Below, piece by piece: positions 12,740 to 25,283 of a stretch of 64,000 nucleotides of DNA. Every line of letters begins with the position of its first letter. Positions within the stretch are counted from its first letter, which is position 1. Position numbers and translations under genes: made by a program. Origin of the DNA: Eledone cirrhosa (taxonomy: Eukaryota); the NCBI GenBank assembly GCA_964016885.1, contig OZ024740.1, positions 205,778,001 through 205,842,000 on the forward strand, written 5' to 3'. Below the pieces are notes generated by a model, which worked only from the letters and a program-made list of their open reading frames with translations, was not told where the DNA came from and did not search any database.

Positions 12740-15700
12740 TGACTGGTATTGGTGTATATATTACTTATAATAATATTAAAAAGAATAAGAATGGCTGGTG
12801 CGTGTTTGTACAAAGTTCCATATCACAGGAGTCAATAATAACACAATAGAAATATTTTACCACGTGTCGTGATGGTGTAGTTGGTGAGTTGGTCTCAACT
12901 CCAAGACTGGAGCGTATAAAGAAGAGAGAGAGAAGGCAGGAGTCATCTCTTCATAGGCAGGAGTCATCTCTAGGGAGAGAAGGCAGAAGTCATCTCTAGG
13001 GAGAAAAGGCAGTAATTATCTCTTCATAGGCAGAAGTCAGCTCCACCATTATGCATGTTGACTCTTCGCAAATCGCCGCCAGAGAGTGAATTATTTTTGG
13101 TGACGTCAGAGCTACGTGCATGTAACTCTGTATAGCTGTCACCAAGCACACGACAGGTGTTGCTTCGCTACATATAGCCCTCCTCCAGATGACCAATTGA
13201 TGAAGAAGTAAACATATGTAGTGAGAAGCAAGGCAAAGATAGGTAATAAACAAAAGAAATGTTTGCACAAACAGCAAACAAAAAGCAGACACATGCAAAA
13301 CAAACACATGTGCAAAATAGCCACATGCAAAACAGCCACATGCAAAACAATCAATAAAATGCAACAAATCGTAAGAAAGACAAAAGCAACAAGGGCAGCT
13401 TAAATGTACACAGTTTGACACAGTTTTTGGGGCTAGTTTGTTTTACAGTTTGTTTCCAGAAAGGCTCCAGTGGCCAGTTCATATAATAAAAGTTTGGAAG
13501 AGTTCTTTGGGCCAGTGGACTCTTCAACCGGAACAGGTCGTGGTCTTGTATCTAGGTGAGGGTGGGGCAGAAGGAGCAGGTGTGTGTGCAAAGGAGAAAG
13601 ATGGGGCCATATGTGGCTCAGTGGTGTGAGCATCTGTTTGGGCCCATTTAAGTCTATCAACCGCAATGGTCTCTCTGGATCCCTTAATGTCTACTGTGAA
13701 ATGTTTATCAGAATGAGCTAACACACGGTAGCGTCCAGAGTACGGTTGTGTGAGAGGTGGTCTCACAGCATCATTTCTTACAAACACATGGGTCCACGAG
13801 GCAATATCCCTCGGGACTGCAGTTTTTACAGTTTGTTTCCTCGTATCCATCGGCGGCAGGTCCTCGTATCCATCGGCATAGAGTCAGGAGAAGTCCGTAG
13901 AGCAGCTTTTAGTTGTCGGTGGAAACGCTCCACCATTCCGTTAGATGCAGGATGATACAAAGTTGTTCGGATGCATTTAGCACCCATGATCTTCGTTAAT
14001 TCATAGAAGAGATTCGATTCAAACTGCCTTCCATGGTCCGTTGTAATCGTGGTTGGCACTTCAAAGCGGACAATCCATCCTGATACTAGGGCACGCACTG
14101 TTGTTTCAGCAGTGATGTCTTTCAAGGGGATGGCTTCAGGCCATCGCGAAAAACGATCAATAACAGTCAATAGGTAAGTATGACCACCACTGACTGGCCA
14201 AGGTCCCACGATGTCCACATGAATGTGCCAGAAACGGGCGCCCGGTTTACTGAAAGTACCGAGCGGAGTCTTAACGTGTTTATGGATTTTCGATTTCTGG
14301 CAAGCAATGCAGGAACGGCACCAAGCAGTAATATTGCGCCTCATATTTGGCCAGAAGAATCTGGATGTTATGAGCTTTACTGTGGCAGAAGATCCTGGGT
14401 GGGAAATGCTGTGTAAAGCAAGAAACACAGTACGACGATGGTTTAATGGGACGAATGGTCTCGGTGAATCCAAGGAAACGTCGCAGAGAATCTGTCTGTC
14501 TGCGGTGGGCAATGGCAGGTATTTCAAATTACTCGTCACAAATTTGGCTGATGTAATATCCAACGATTCCTGTGCAGGTTGGTCTGCTGCCAAGTGATTT
14601 AAATCGATGTCATGGGATGACGCAATCGAACTGATCGGCAATCGAGACAGGGCGTCAGCCGCTGTGTTCAATGAGCCTGGAATGTATTGGATGTTGTTTG
14701 TGAATTGCGAGATAAAGTCGAGATGCCTTGTTTCTCTGGGCGAGTACTTGTCGGACTTTGCCCTTAAAGCGAAGGTCAAAGGTTTATGGCCAGTATATAT
14801 TGTAAAACACCTTCCTTCGAGCATATGTGAAAAATGTTTCACAGAAAGGTAGATGGCTAACAGCTCCTGGCCAAAGGTGCTGTAGCGAGTTTCTGCAGGT
14901 TTCAACTTCCGGGAGAAAAATTCCAATGGTTGTTGGTGATTGTCACTACTCTGTTGTAAGACTGCACCCACTGCAGTATCCGACGCATCAACACAAAGTG
15001 AAAGCTTGGCATTGGACACTGGGTGGGCCAGCAAAGATGCACTAGCCAATGCTAATTTGGCTTTTTGAAAATCCTCGAGTTGAGTCTGAGTCAAAGAGAT
15101 TTTTTTTCCCTTTCCTTTCTTTTCTTTCTTTAGATTGGAGAAGGAGATGGCATCACATGATGTGTCTCAGCCAATCAGATGGCTGCAATTCAGAGAAGAA
15201 TGACAATTGATGGGAAAATTGGCGGACCAGTCAGCCATTGTGAATTTTTTTTTTTGTTAAACGAACAATTTTCAATTTCGTTTTTTCGCATAGTTGCAAG
15301 AAATAAAGTATTAGTTTTGTCATCAATTTTTTTTTTTTTATATGTTCTATGTTTCTCTTGGGTAAATACTTGTTAAAAGAAAAAAATAATATATTTGCTA
15401 TGAAGGCTTCATAGAGTCGAATGCATTTTTGAAATGTATAATGTTCGAAGGTTGCGTTTAAAAAAAATAATGTTGGAGTGTTCTAAACGGCAAGGAAATG
15501 GTGCTCAAGAATGTTAAATAATTCAATGGGATTACCCATATAGCAGAAGTTTTTAGAAGTTTTTAGAAGTTTCTAGAAGTTTTTAGAAGTTTTTAGAAGG
15601 CTGTGTAATCCATAATCGGGGTCAACCACTGACTGGTATTGGTGTATATATTACTTATAATAATATTAAAAAGAATAAGAATGGCTGGTGCGTGTTTGTA

Positions 15701-16049
15701 CAAAGTTCCATATCACAATAGAAATATTTTACCACGTGTCGTGATGGTGTAGTTGGTGAGTTGGTCTCAACTCCAAGACTGGAGCGTATAAAGAAGAGAG
15801 AGAGAAGGCAGGAGTCATCTCTAGGGAGAGAAGGCAGAAGTCACCTCGAGAGAGAAAAGGCAGAAATCATCTCTTCATAGGCAGAAGTCAGCTCCACCAT
15901 TATGCATGTTGTCTCTTCGCAAATCGCCGCCGGAGAGTGAATTATTTTTGGTGACGTCAGTTTGTGACGTCAGTTTGTGACGTCAGAGCTATGTGCAGGT
16001 AACTCTACATAGCTGTCCCCAAGCACATGACAGATGTCGCTTCGCTACA
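12740..16049 (-). mobile_element. Ty3/Gypsy LTR retrotransposon, internally deleted (gag/PR/RT missing)
   Basis: Direct LTRs at 12740-13172 and 15630-16049 (TG...CA). On -, a PBS-like TGGTTGACCCCG lies next to 15629 and a PPT GGAGGAGGG next to 13173. Carries an RNase H-integrase ORF. No clear TSD. Confidence 0.9.
13826..15094 (-). pseudogene. Gypsy pol fragment: RNase H plus HHCC zinc finger and rve integrase (continues by frameshift into 13524-13850)
   Basis: Motifs [61 protein letters not shown]. Confidence 0.92.
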
Positions 16050-16059
16050 ATAACATACC

Positions 16060-16350
16060 TCCATGTTACCAAACAACATCATGCTGCATGGAAAATTATA
16101 CCTGAAATCTCTGGTAAGCACCCAAAGCCAACCATTAGACTTAAAGGTGGATCCATAGATAAGTGTTTATCCAACTAGATTGAATATTTTACTGACTTCA
16201 AAATAAGAAAAGGAATGAAATGGACGGCTTGTAATGACCTAAATAAAATCTGGACCTCAAATCTTGATGATAAAATCAAAGTAAAAACCTTTAAAACAAT
16301 GATGTGGTTCTGAAGCCTGGACCTTGACATCAAGTTACAAAAAACTATCA
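16060..16350 (+). mobile_element. Degenerate LINE RT C-terminal fragment
   Basis: Frameshifted translation resembles KGMKWTACNDLNKIWTS...GSEAWTLT. Confidence 0.45.
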
Positions 16351-16359
16351 AAACCAAAC

Positions 16360-16745
16360 CCCTAGGAAAACTGACAAAAGGGGTCAAGTTTCATCAAGAG
16401 AATGCTACAGCACATAAGTCCTTGATTTCAATGGATGCTGTGCATGACTGTGGCTTTGAACTGGCTGATCACCCTCCCTATTTTCCTGATTTGGTCCTAA
16501 CTGATTGTCATCTATTCCCTAACCTGAAAAAAAACTTGGCTGGGAATGATGATGATGTCATATCTGCTGTTGATGACTTTTTTTACCAACAGGATGAAAG
16601 CTTCTTCACTAATGAGATCCAAGAACTCCAACACTAATGGAAGAAGTATGTGAACCGTAAGGGAGACTATGTTGAAAAATATACCTCATTTGTTCACATT
16701 CCATGAGAGTATCTTGGCCAGCCTATGAACTTTTCAACCAACCTT

Positions 16746-16748
<3 letters not shown>
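16360..16748 (+). mobile_element. mariner transposon 3' fragment
   Basis: HQENATAH...HPPYFPDLVLTDCHLFPNLKK is a variant of YSPDLAP.D. A TIR-like TATGAACTTTTCAACCAACCTTTG precedes TA. Confidence 0.85.
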
Positions 16749-16796
<48 letters not shown>

Positions 16797-16802
16797 ATTT
16801 CA

Positions 16803-17335
16803 ACACAGCAACAACAACTACAACAACAACAGCAGCTACAACAGCATATATACATATCTCAGTCGATGCGACCAGATTTCAACACAGCAACAACAACAAC
16901 TACAACAACAACAGCAACTACAACAACAGCGACAGCAACAACAACAACAGCAACAACACCATTGTCTGTGTTGAATGTGTGTGTATGCATGTATATATAT
17001 ATATATGTGTGTATGTATATATATATGTATGTGTATATATCACACACGCGAAGCGAACAAATTTCAAAATTTCAACCCAGCGACTACAACAACAGCAACA
17101 ACAACAACAAATGCAACAACACCATTGTCTGCAGCAGCAGCATCAGTGAAATGAACAACAACAACGGCAGCAGCAGCAACAACAACAATAACGACAACAA
17201 CAACAACTGCCACCACCATCACTGACACCATCCACCACCACCACCACCACCACCACCATCACTGACACCATCCACCACCACGACCATTACCATCACTGAC
17301 ACCATCCACCACCACCACCACCACCACCAGCACCA
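16803..17335. repeat. Compound (CAA/CAG)n, (TA)n and (CAC)n microsatellite block
   Basis: Direct reading. Confidence 0.9.
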
Positions 17336-17570
17336 GCGATCAGGCCTTAAAAACAACTATAATAATAATACTAAATAACTATTCTGTTCTTGACACGGGG
17401 CAGCAACTGTCCCAGCGCATTGCTGGTGCCTTGTTTTTTTTTGGGGGGGGGGGGGGGGAGTGGAGACCCGTTGCTCTTTGCTGTAAAGCAAACAATTATT
17501 ATTATATAAAAACTGAACTGGAAAAGTCAACAGTTGACATGATTTTGATCTTGTATCAGTACTGACGGTA

Positions 17571-17601
<31 letters not shown>

Positions 17602-17689
17602 AGTGGTGTGTGTGTTTGTATGCATGAGTGTTGGTGTGTGAGTGAGTATGTGTGTGTGTGGCGTGAGTGTCAATAAGTGTTTTTTTTTT

Positions 17690-20600
17690 ATGACCATGCT
17701 GTAAAATGGAGGGGTAGAGAGGGCCCATGAGTCCAGTAAGACATCCTCTCTAGTGCTGGTGGCACAAATAAAAGCACCCAGTCCATGCTGTAAAGTGGTG
17801 TTGGTGTTTGGAACGGCATCCAACCAGTGTATCAATGCCAAAACGATTATAAGCACAGTAACAAATTTATAGGAACAACAAAATATGAAGACGTCGCATC
17901 TCAGAGTTGCAACACTTAATGTTGGCACTCTCAGAGGTAGATCTGCTGAAATAGCGGAGATGCTGGAGAGAAGGCATGTGGATGTGTGCTGTGTGCAAGA
18001 GGTGAGATGGAGAGGTGCCTCTGCGAGACTAGTCGCAGGCAAACATCTTAGCTATAAGCTTTTCTGAGTAGGTAAGGATGATGGGTTAGGGGGAGTAGGC
18101 ATTTTCTAGGACGGAGGACGGAGACATCGTTATACTAGCAGGGGACTTCAATGGACATGTTGGACAGCTCCAGGATGGTTACACTGGGGTACATGGTGGG
18201 CACGGTTACGGCTCAAGAAATGAAGAAGGAGTGAGACTTCTTGAATTTTGTGATGCAAGTACACTGATTATTTGCAACACTAACTTCCAGAAACCTGCCA
18301 ACCACCTAATAACCTACAAATCAGGCGAGCACATAAGCCAGATTGACTTCTTACTAGTTAGGCAGCAGGACAGGCAGATGGTGGCTAATACCAAGGCATA
18401 CCCTGGGGAAGAATGTACCCCACAGCATAGATTAGTCGTTGGTGATATTTCAGTAAGCAAGAGATGGAATGAGACATACAGGAAGGTGTGGAGAAGAAAG
18501 GTCTGGAAGCTAAAAGACCTTTCACTAAAATACAAATTTAGGAAACCCCTTCAAGATGTGTATGACGAAAAAGAAGACGATTTAGAGACGTATAACATAG
18601 ATAATAACTGGAATTTCTTGTGACAACTTACTGCAGGCTACTGATGAAACTTGTGGCTGGAGCAGAGCTCCAACCAGACAGAGAGTGACCTGATGGTGGA
18701 ACAGCACAGTAGATAAGGCCATTAGAGACAAAAGACTAGCATGGAAGGCTTGGAAAAAGGGTGGGAGTAGAGAAGGATATACAGCCGCTAAGAGAGAAGC
18801 TAGACATCAGGTGTACTTAGCACGCAGGGAGGCTGAGAGTAGGAGGTTTGCCAATGTTCTGCGACGGGAAGATCAGAGGCGTGCGGTGTTCCACATTGCA
18901 AGGCAGTGTGTCAATGCAAATCAGGATGTTGTTGGAGATAAATGTGTCCGGAATGATGCCGGTGTACTTAGTGTCACGAATGATCAGAAAAAGGAGGCCC
19001 GGAAATGTCATTATGAGAGACTGATGAATGTGGAAAACGAATGAAAAACGAAGAGATCCGACAGAGGGACCAGCTATTGAGATTGACGAATATAGGGTCC
19101 AAGAGGCGATTAAGGAAATGAAAAATGGTAAGGCTGCTGGACCATCGGGGATAGTTGCTGAGATGCTGAAGGCATCAGGGGACGTAGGCACTAAACTGGT
19201 TGCACGCATCATCAATAAGGCTATATATGGTGGTGTCATACCCAAAGACTGGTGCAGCAGTATTCTCATAAATTGCTACAAAGGTAAAGGGAATGCTCTG
19301 GAGAGGAGCAATTATAGGGGTATGAAACTGATGGATCAGGTTATGAAAGTGGCAGAAAGGATATTAGCACAACTAATTAGAGAAAGGGTCAAACTAGATG
19401 AGATGCAGTTTGGCTTTGTGCCTGGGAAGAGTACAACAGATGCCCTCTTCTTGGTGAGACAATTACAAGAGAAGTTCTTAGAGAAAAATAAGCCACTATA
19501 CTTAGCCTTTGTTGACCTAGAGAAAGCCTTTGATAGGGTACCCTGATCTGTCATCTGGTGGTCCCTAAGGAAACTAGGTGTTGAGGAATGGCTTGTGAGG
19601 ACAGTGCCAACTTTGTACAGAGGTACTGTCAGTAAAGTCAGGTTAGGAATGGAGTTTAGTGAGGAATTCCAGATACAAATAGGAGTACATCAAGGTTCGG
19701 TGCTCAGCCCGCTCTTGTTCATTATAGTCCTCCAAGCCATAACAGAGGAGTTTAAGACTGGCTGTCCATGGGAACTTCTCTATGCTGACGATCTGGTTCT
19801 TATAGCAGAATCAGTAAAGGAGCTAGAGAATAAATTCTGGCTATGGAAACAGCAGTTGGAAGCAAAAAGACTGAGAGTGCACCTAGCTAAGACAAAAGTG
19901 TTGATGAGTAGAAAAGAGGACAAAACTCTGATTCCGTCAGGGAAATGGCCATGTTCGATATGCAGAAAAGGAACTGGCAAAAATTCTATAAAATGCACAC
20001 AATGCAGATCCTCAGTACACAGGAGATATAGCGGGATAGCAGGCAAACTAACAGGTAGGGAGAAATACGTATGCAGTAGGTGTACAGGGAAATTAGACAG
20101 TAGAAGTCGCATTGATAGATACATTTTTCAAATGCAGGCGGGTGCTATAGAAATGGTGGATAGCTTCCGGTACCTAGGAGATCAGATTAGCATGGGAGGG
20201 GGTTGTTCCGAGGCCATAGTATCTAGAATAAGAACGGGTTGGAAGAAGTTTAGGGAGCTGCTTCCTCTGTTGACGAAGAAGGGTTTCTCCCTGCATATGA
20301 AAGGCTGGTTATATGATGCCTGTGTGAGGAGCGCGATGCTGCATGGTAGTGAGACATGGGAAGCAACTGCAGAGGATATGCGACGGCTGGAGAGAAATGA
20401 GGCAGGCATGCTCCGTTGGATGTGCAATGTCAATGTGCGTGAACGACCCAGCATGAATGTGTTGAGAGAGAAACTGTGTCTGAGAGGGATAGAATGTAGC
20501 GTGCGAGAGAGGAGACTGGGTGGTATGGGCATGTGATGCGCATGGAGGATGACCGATGGGTGAAGAAGTGCCAGGAAATGCTAATTGAAGGAAGACGTGG

Positions 20601-20758
20601 TAGAGGTAGACCACGAAAAACATGGGTGGAGGTGATGAGAACAGATCTCAGATCGCTGAAGCTCACGGTGGAGATGACGAAGGACCGCAACAAGTGGAGA
20701 GATGCTGTGCTGAATAAGACCCGTCCCACCCTTGCAAGCAGGGAAAAGCGGACGTAAA

Positions 20759-20790
<32 letters not shown>
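17690..20790 (+). mobile_element. RTE-clade LINE, near full length but degenerate (5'UTR, partly deleted APE, RT, PHD-like finger, (GAT)n tail)
   Basis: LRVATLNVGTL..VCCVQEVRW (APE), AGDFN, FVDLEKAFDRVP, GVHQGSVLSP, LLYADD, with several stops and frameshifts. Closely similar to 30038-32740. Confidence 0.93.
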
Positions 20791-20895
20791 ATACATATAT
20801 ATATATATATAAGTTATTCTGAGTTGAGTCGGAGGTAACTACAGTAAGTAAGGTACTCAATACATAGCAAAGTAAAAATGTTTTAATATAGAAGA

Positions 20896-20944
20896 GCTTC
20901 TACAGGACTAGAACTGTTTCATTCGTGAGATATCATCAGGAAGC
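20896..20944 (-). ncRNA. Type I hammerhead ribozyme motif, family A
   Basis: On -: GCTTC CTGATGA TATCTCACGAAT GAAA CAG-TTCTAGTC-CTG TA GAAGC (stem I, core, weak stem II, GAAA, stem III, GUA site). Confidence 0.7.
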
Positions 20945-20984
20945 TGACTTTGGGGGGGGGGGGGTAGAATTAACATTAATATAT

Positions 20985-21360
20985 GGAGGCACATGGCTTA
21001 GTGGTTAGAGCATTGGCCTTGCAATCGAAAGGTTGTGAGTTCAATTCTCAGACCGGGTGATGTGTTGTTTCCTTGAGCAAGACACTTTATTTCACATTGC
21101 TCCAGTTTACTCAGCTGTAGAAATGAGATGATAGGGACTGGGGTCCCTATCATTCCACTGCAAAGTGGTCGTGGAGGTGCCACGGCAAAAAAGCACCCAG
21201 TACTCACTGTAAAGTGGATGTCTAGGTGCCCAGTACTCACTGTAAATGAGGTTGGTGTTAGGAAGGGCATCCAGCTGTAGAAATCAAGCCAGAATCAGTT
21301 GCCGTCCCACCCTTGCAAGCAGGGAAAAGCGGACATAAAATGATGATAATGATGATGATA
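20985..21360 (+). mobile_element. tRNA/CORE-like SINE family 2 with RTE-derived body and tail (partial copy also at ~36730-37065 -)
   Basis: A box TGGCTTAGTGG, B box GAGTTCAATTC, CCTTGAGCAAGACACTT. The 3' end CCCACCCTTGCAAGCAGGGAAAAGCGGAC.TAAAATGATGAT matches the RTE LINE end. Confidence 0.88.
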
Positions 21361-21565
21361 TCTAAGGGACTCGTTAGGTTTGTGGGACGGGTAATAGAGG
21401 GAAGTATCTAGGTCGAGAGTGACATCTAAAAAGTTGGCTCTAGTCATATTAGATTCTATGGTTATACTAAATCCTAGATTACGGAAGAACAAGCTTAAGT
21501 TTCTCCGAAACCCATCAATGGTTTTGGGGTTAACTTTGTGCAAGGCAAAGAGGCCGTCGTCTCGG
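21360..21565 (-). pseudogene. Penelope-like RT fragment
   Basis: RDDGL...FRNLGFSITIESN..ANFLDVTLDL....PSHKPN, homologous to the RT at ~28000-28400. Confidence 0.8.
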
Positions 21566-21987
21566 GAATGTGCTTGTTGACACCTGGAATATATATTAAG
21601 AGAAACTTCACAATAAGGGGAAGCACCCCAACACTTGAATCTGTTTATAGAACCCTTTCTGCCTTTGTCACCCTTATTTCAGCCTTAAAGAATTAGCTTC
21701 TAAAGAATTTCCCTTTTCTTTAAACCAATGAAACCCACCCATCCTGTAGACACCTGCCTTACAGGCATTGTTAGTTTAAGAGATAAACAAGGATTGGTAT
21801 TCCAAATTTGAATTTGTTTACAGTATTCTTTCTGCCTTTGTTAATGTTATAGCTTTAAAGAATTAGCTTTTAATGAACTCCCTTTTCTTTTAATCCATCA
21901 ACCAATGACCACCACCCATCCCAATCTCCACCCTCTCCTACCACCAGAAAAGAAAAGATATAAATACCACCACTTACTTGGACAGCC

Positions 21988-22038
21988 AGCTTCCTGATGA
22001 TTTCTCACGAATGAAACAGTTCTAGTATTGTAGAAGCT
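21988..22038 (+). ncRNA. Type I hammerhead ribozyme motif, family A
   Basis: AGCTTC CTGATGA T-TTC-TCAC-GAA-T GAAA CAGT-TCTAGT-ATTG TA GAAGCT. Predicted cleavage is after 22032. Confidence 0.75.
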
Positions 22039-22048
22039 CTTCTATATT

Positions 22049-22118
<70 letters not shown>

Positions 22119-22860
22119 TTAATACAATAACAGAGATAGTTTAAAACTAAACTCTGACTGGTAACCATCTCACTCAACAAACATTAGGTTATATTTAAAT
22201 ATATACCCAATTTTAGTGTTTGGGGTGCTAACAATATGTATAATGTGGAAAAGCCAGTTGTATTATTTTATGAGATATAATTAAAGTTAAAGTATATCTC
22301 TTTCCAAACATTGTTTCATTATAAGTTTTCTACAAGTTGGGAGAATGTTTCCAGTTTATGTAGAAGCCTAATATATATTCATGTAAGAATATATTTAGGT
22401 GGGCACTTATAAATCATCAGTGGAAGCCCGTTAAACTTTGATATAAGAAAATAATTTCTTACCGCTGTCAAAAATCGTGTCCGTAAAGTTAACCTCTCTC
22501 GCCTCGAATGACCGCCAAATTTGAAATTCCAGCAGTTTTGGGCTGAGGAAGTATCATAGCGACACGAAGCGGGAAGGGGAGACAACCCACGATCCACGAA
22601 ATGAGGAAAAAAAAATAATATACACGCGGGTTAATTAGTTTTTTTGAAAACATTATCAATCCAACGTGTTTAAGAACTCAATTGAAAATAAAAAAATAAA
22701 TATATGCTTGTATAAATTACACACGCATATAGATATTTTCTTAGGCTAAATCAGAAGTTGTACCCGAATAAGAACCGCTTCTCATAACCGCAGTAAATGC
22801 AGAAAGTTGCCTATAAAGGGCAAATGGGAATATAATTCTCCGGCCGAATTAAGAGTAAAA

Positions 22861-23331
<471 letters not shown>

Positions 23332-23493
23332 AAATTTTGCTCTACGTGGCTGAATACAATAAATGTAATCTGAGTTTTTTTTATATTAATAATAACATTC
23401 GATTTGTTTGCAATTAAGCAAACAAGCCTCAATTTTATAGCCATGTCAGTAGAATGAACACTTCATTCTTGCTCTTATGTTGGCTTGCGAACA

Positions 23494-23543
23494 GAACTGC
23501 AGATACTAATGTTTCTGGATATTACCCTTCATCAGTACAGCTC
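23494..23543 (-). ncRNA. Type I hammerhead motif, family B (slightly degenerate)
   Basis: On -: GAGCTGTA CTGATGA AGGGTAATATCCA GAAA CATTAGTA TC TGCAGTTC. Confidence 0.6.
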
Positions 23544-23812
23544 ACTGTTCACCTGCCAAATTGTCAGAGCTAGTGAAAATATATGCTATTTTCAAAAATA
23601 CACAGTGACTGATCGGCCTGATTTGCATATTAGCAGACTGGCTGATCAGTCAGATCTGCATATTAGCAGATCTGGCTGATCAGTCAGATCTGCATATTAG
23701 CAGATCCACTGATCAGCCAGATTTGCATATCAGCAGACTGGCCAGTCAGTTTCCTGTATACTAGCGATAAATGGCCGGCTTCACCAGCCTGACAGTTTGG
23801 CAGGTGAACAGT

Positions 23813-23862
23813 GAGCTGTACTGATGAAGGGTGATACCCAGAAACATTAATGTCTGCAGTTC
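23813..23862 (+). ncRNA. Type I hammerhead ribozyme motif, family B
   Basis: GAGCTGTA CTGATGA A-GGGT-GAT-ACCC-A GAAA CATTAATG TC TGCAGTTC, with a GUC triplet and a palindromic minimal stem III. Confidence 0.8.
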
Positions 23863-24006
23863 TCTTCGCATGCCAACATAAGAGCAAAAATGAAGTGTTC
23901 ATTCTACTGACATGGCTATAAAATTGAGCCTTGTTTGCATAATTGCAAACGAATCGAATGTTATTATTAATATTCGAAAAACTCAGATTATATATATACA
24001 TATACA

Positions 24007-24783
24007 TCTATATATCTAAAACAGAAAATGTCTGTCTGTCTGTCAGATCACTAAAACTCGAGACCCACCCAACCGATTGTTTTCAAACTTTACCCATGTA
24101 ATACTTATGTTCCTGTGAGTGTTTTGAGAAAAATAATTTCAAATTTTCAATGCCCTAGGGACCGCATTAGGCGATCTAGCGATCTCTCTCTATAATTCTT
24201 AGTCTTTCTCTTTTTAGATAGATACATAGATATAACGTTGCGCCCTTATAATATCTGTCTGTATGTCTGGCTGTCTGCATTATGACATTATGACGCGGTG
24301 TGTGTGTGTATGTTTATATGTATATATAGTGTGTGTATATATATATAGTGTGTAACGTTTTCCGAAATATTTACTTCTACGTTCACAGATTGATTTTTTT
24401 AGTTTCAGAAGATCTGTTATTTTAATATATATATATATATACATATGACGTATTATCTTCGTTTTTTCCGTTCATTGCCAGAGAACGTCTCTATGAACCA
24501 CCTAAGAGAACATTAGTCTACGACTTCTTTTATACCATAGACGTGGTTCTGTCTTTGCGCGTAATTGTTTTTCACCGCTCCTATTAATGACGTATTATAT
24601 TCGTTTTTTCCCGTTCTTTGCCAGGGAACGTTTCCACGAACCAAAGTATCGTCTTCCTGTCTTCCTCCGGTTGCAATGTTTTTTTAAATATCCTCTTCTG
24701 TGTTTACAGATTGAATTTGTTAGTTTCAGAAGATCCCGTTAAGGGTGAAAGCAGCGATTCTTTGCTTAAACTTTAATCTGTTA

Positions 24784-24846
<63 letters not shown>

Positions 24847-24991
24847 GTGTACAGATATTTTTTGCATACACAATAACAAAATATAATATAAACAAACGTA
24901 TTTATTTCACGAGGCTCGATAAGGATAAATATATATCAAATATATAAGAACCCTAGAGTAAATCCCGAGCAACGCCGAGCCATTCTGCTAG
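24007..24991 (+). mobile_element. Non-autonomous Helitron
   Basis: 5' A|TC start with (TGTC)n, subterminal hairpin-like CCCGAGCAACGCCGAG, 3' CTAG|T. Confidence 0.85.
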
Positions 24992-25283
24992 TATATATAT
25001 ATATATGCGTGTGTGTATGTATGTATGTATATATATATACATATATCAGAATGGAGGCGGTTAAAACCATTACTCACCAGAATACTTTAAACCTGGGGTA
25101 GTAGAGTGGGTAATATAAAAATGGCAGGAGCTCAGCCGTCAGGGTCCTGAATTTTTCATATATATCTATATTCTAAAACAGAGAATGTTTGTCATTCTCT
25201 CCGATCACTAAAACTCGAGAACCACCCAACCGATTGTTTTCAAACTTTGCACATGTAATACTTATTTTAATATATATATAATT

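Larger units (their letters stand above)
23366..23990. mobile_element. Non-coding fold-back element with ~200-bp inverted arms, each carrying a hammerhead, and internal ~29-bp tandem repeats
   Basis: 23366-23567 is the diverged reverse complement of 23789-23990. The centre holds (CTGATCAGTCAGATCTGCATATTAGCAGA..) x~4. (TA)n lies on both sides. Confidence 0.85.

Noticed and set aside
16703-17225. PolyQ/N/T ORFs
   Set aside because: Compound microsatellite mixed with (TA)n and (TG)n, with no splice or homology support.
20985-21060. tRNA gene-like sequence (also 12065-12140 and ~60475)
   Set aside because: These are SINE heads with A/B boxes that run into SINE bodies, and no complete cloverleaf is evident.
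22535-22820. Possible hammerhead remnants (CTGAGGA...CGAAG; CTCATAA...GAAAG)
   Set aside because: Cores are too degenerate and stems I/III cannot be closed convincingly.
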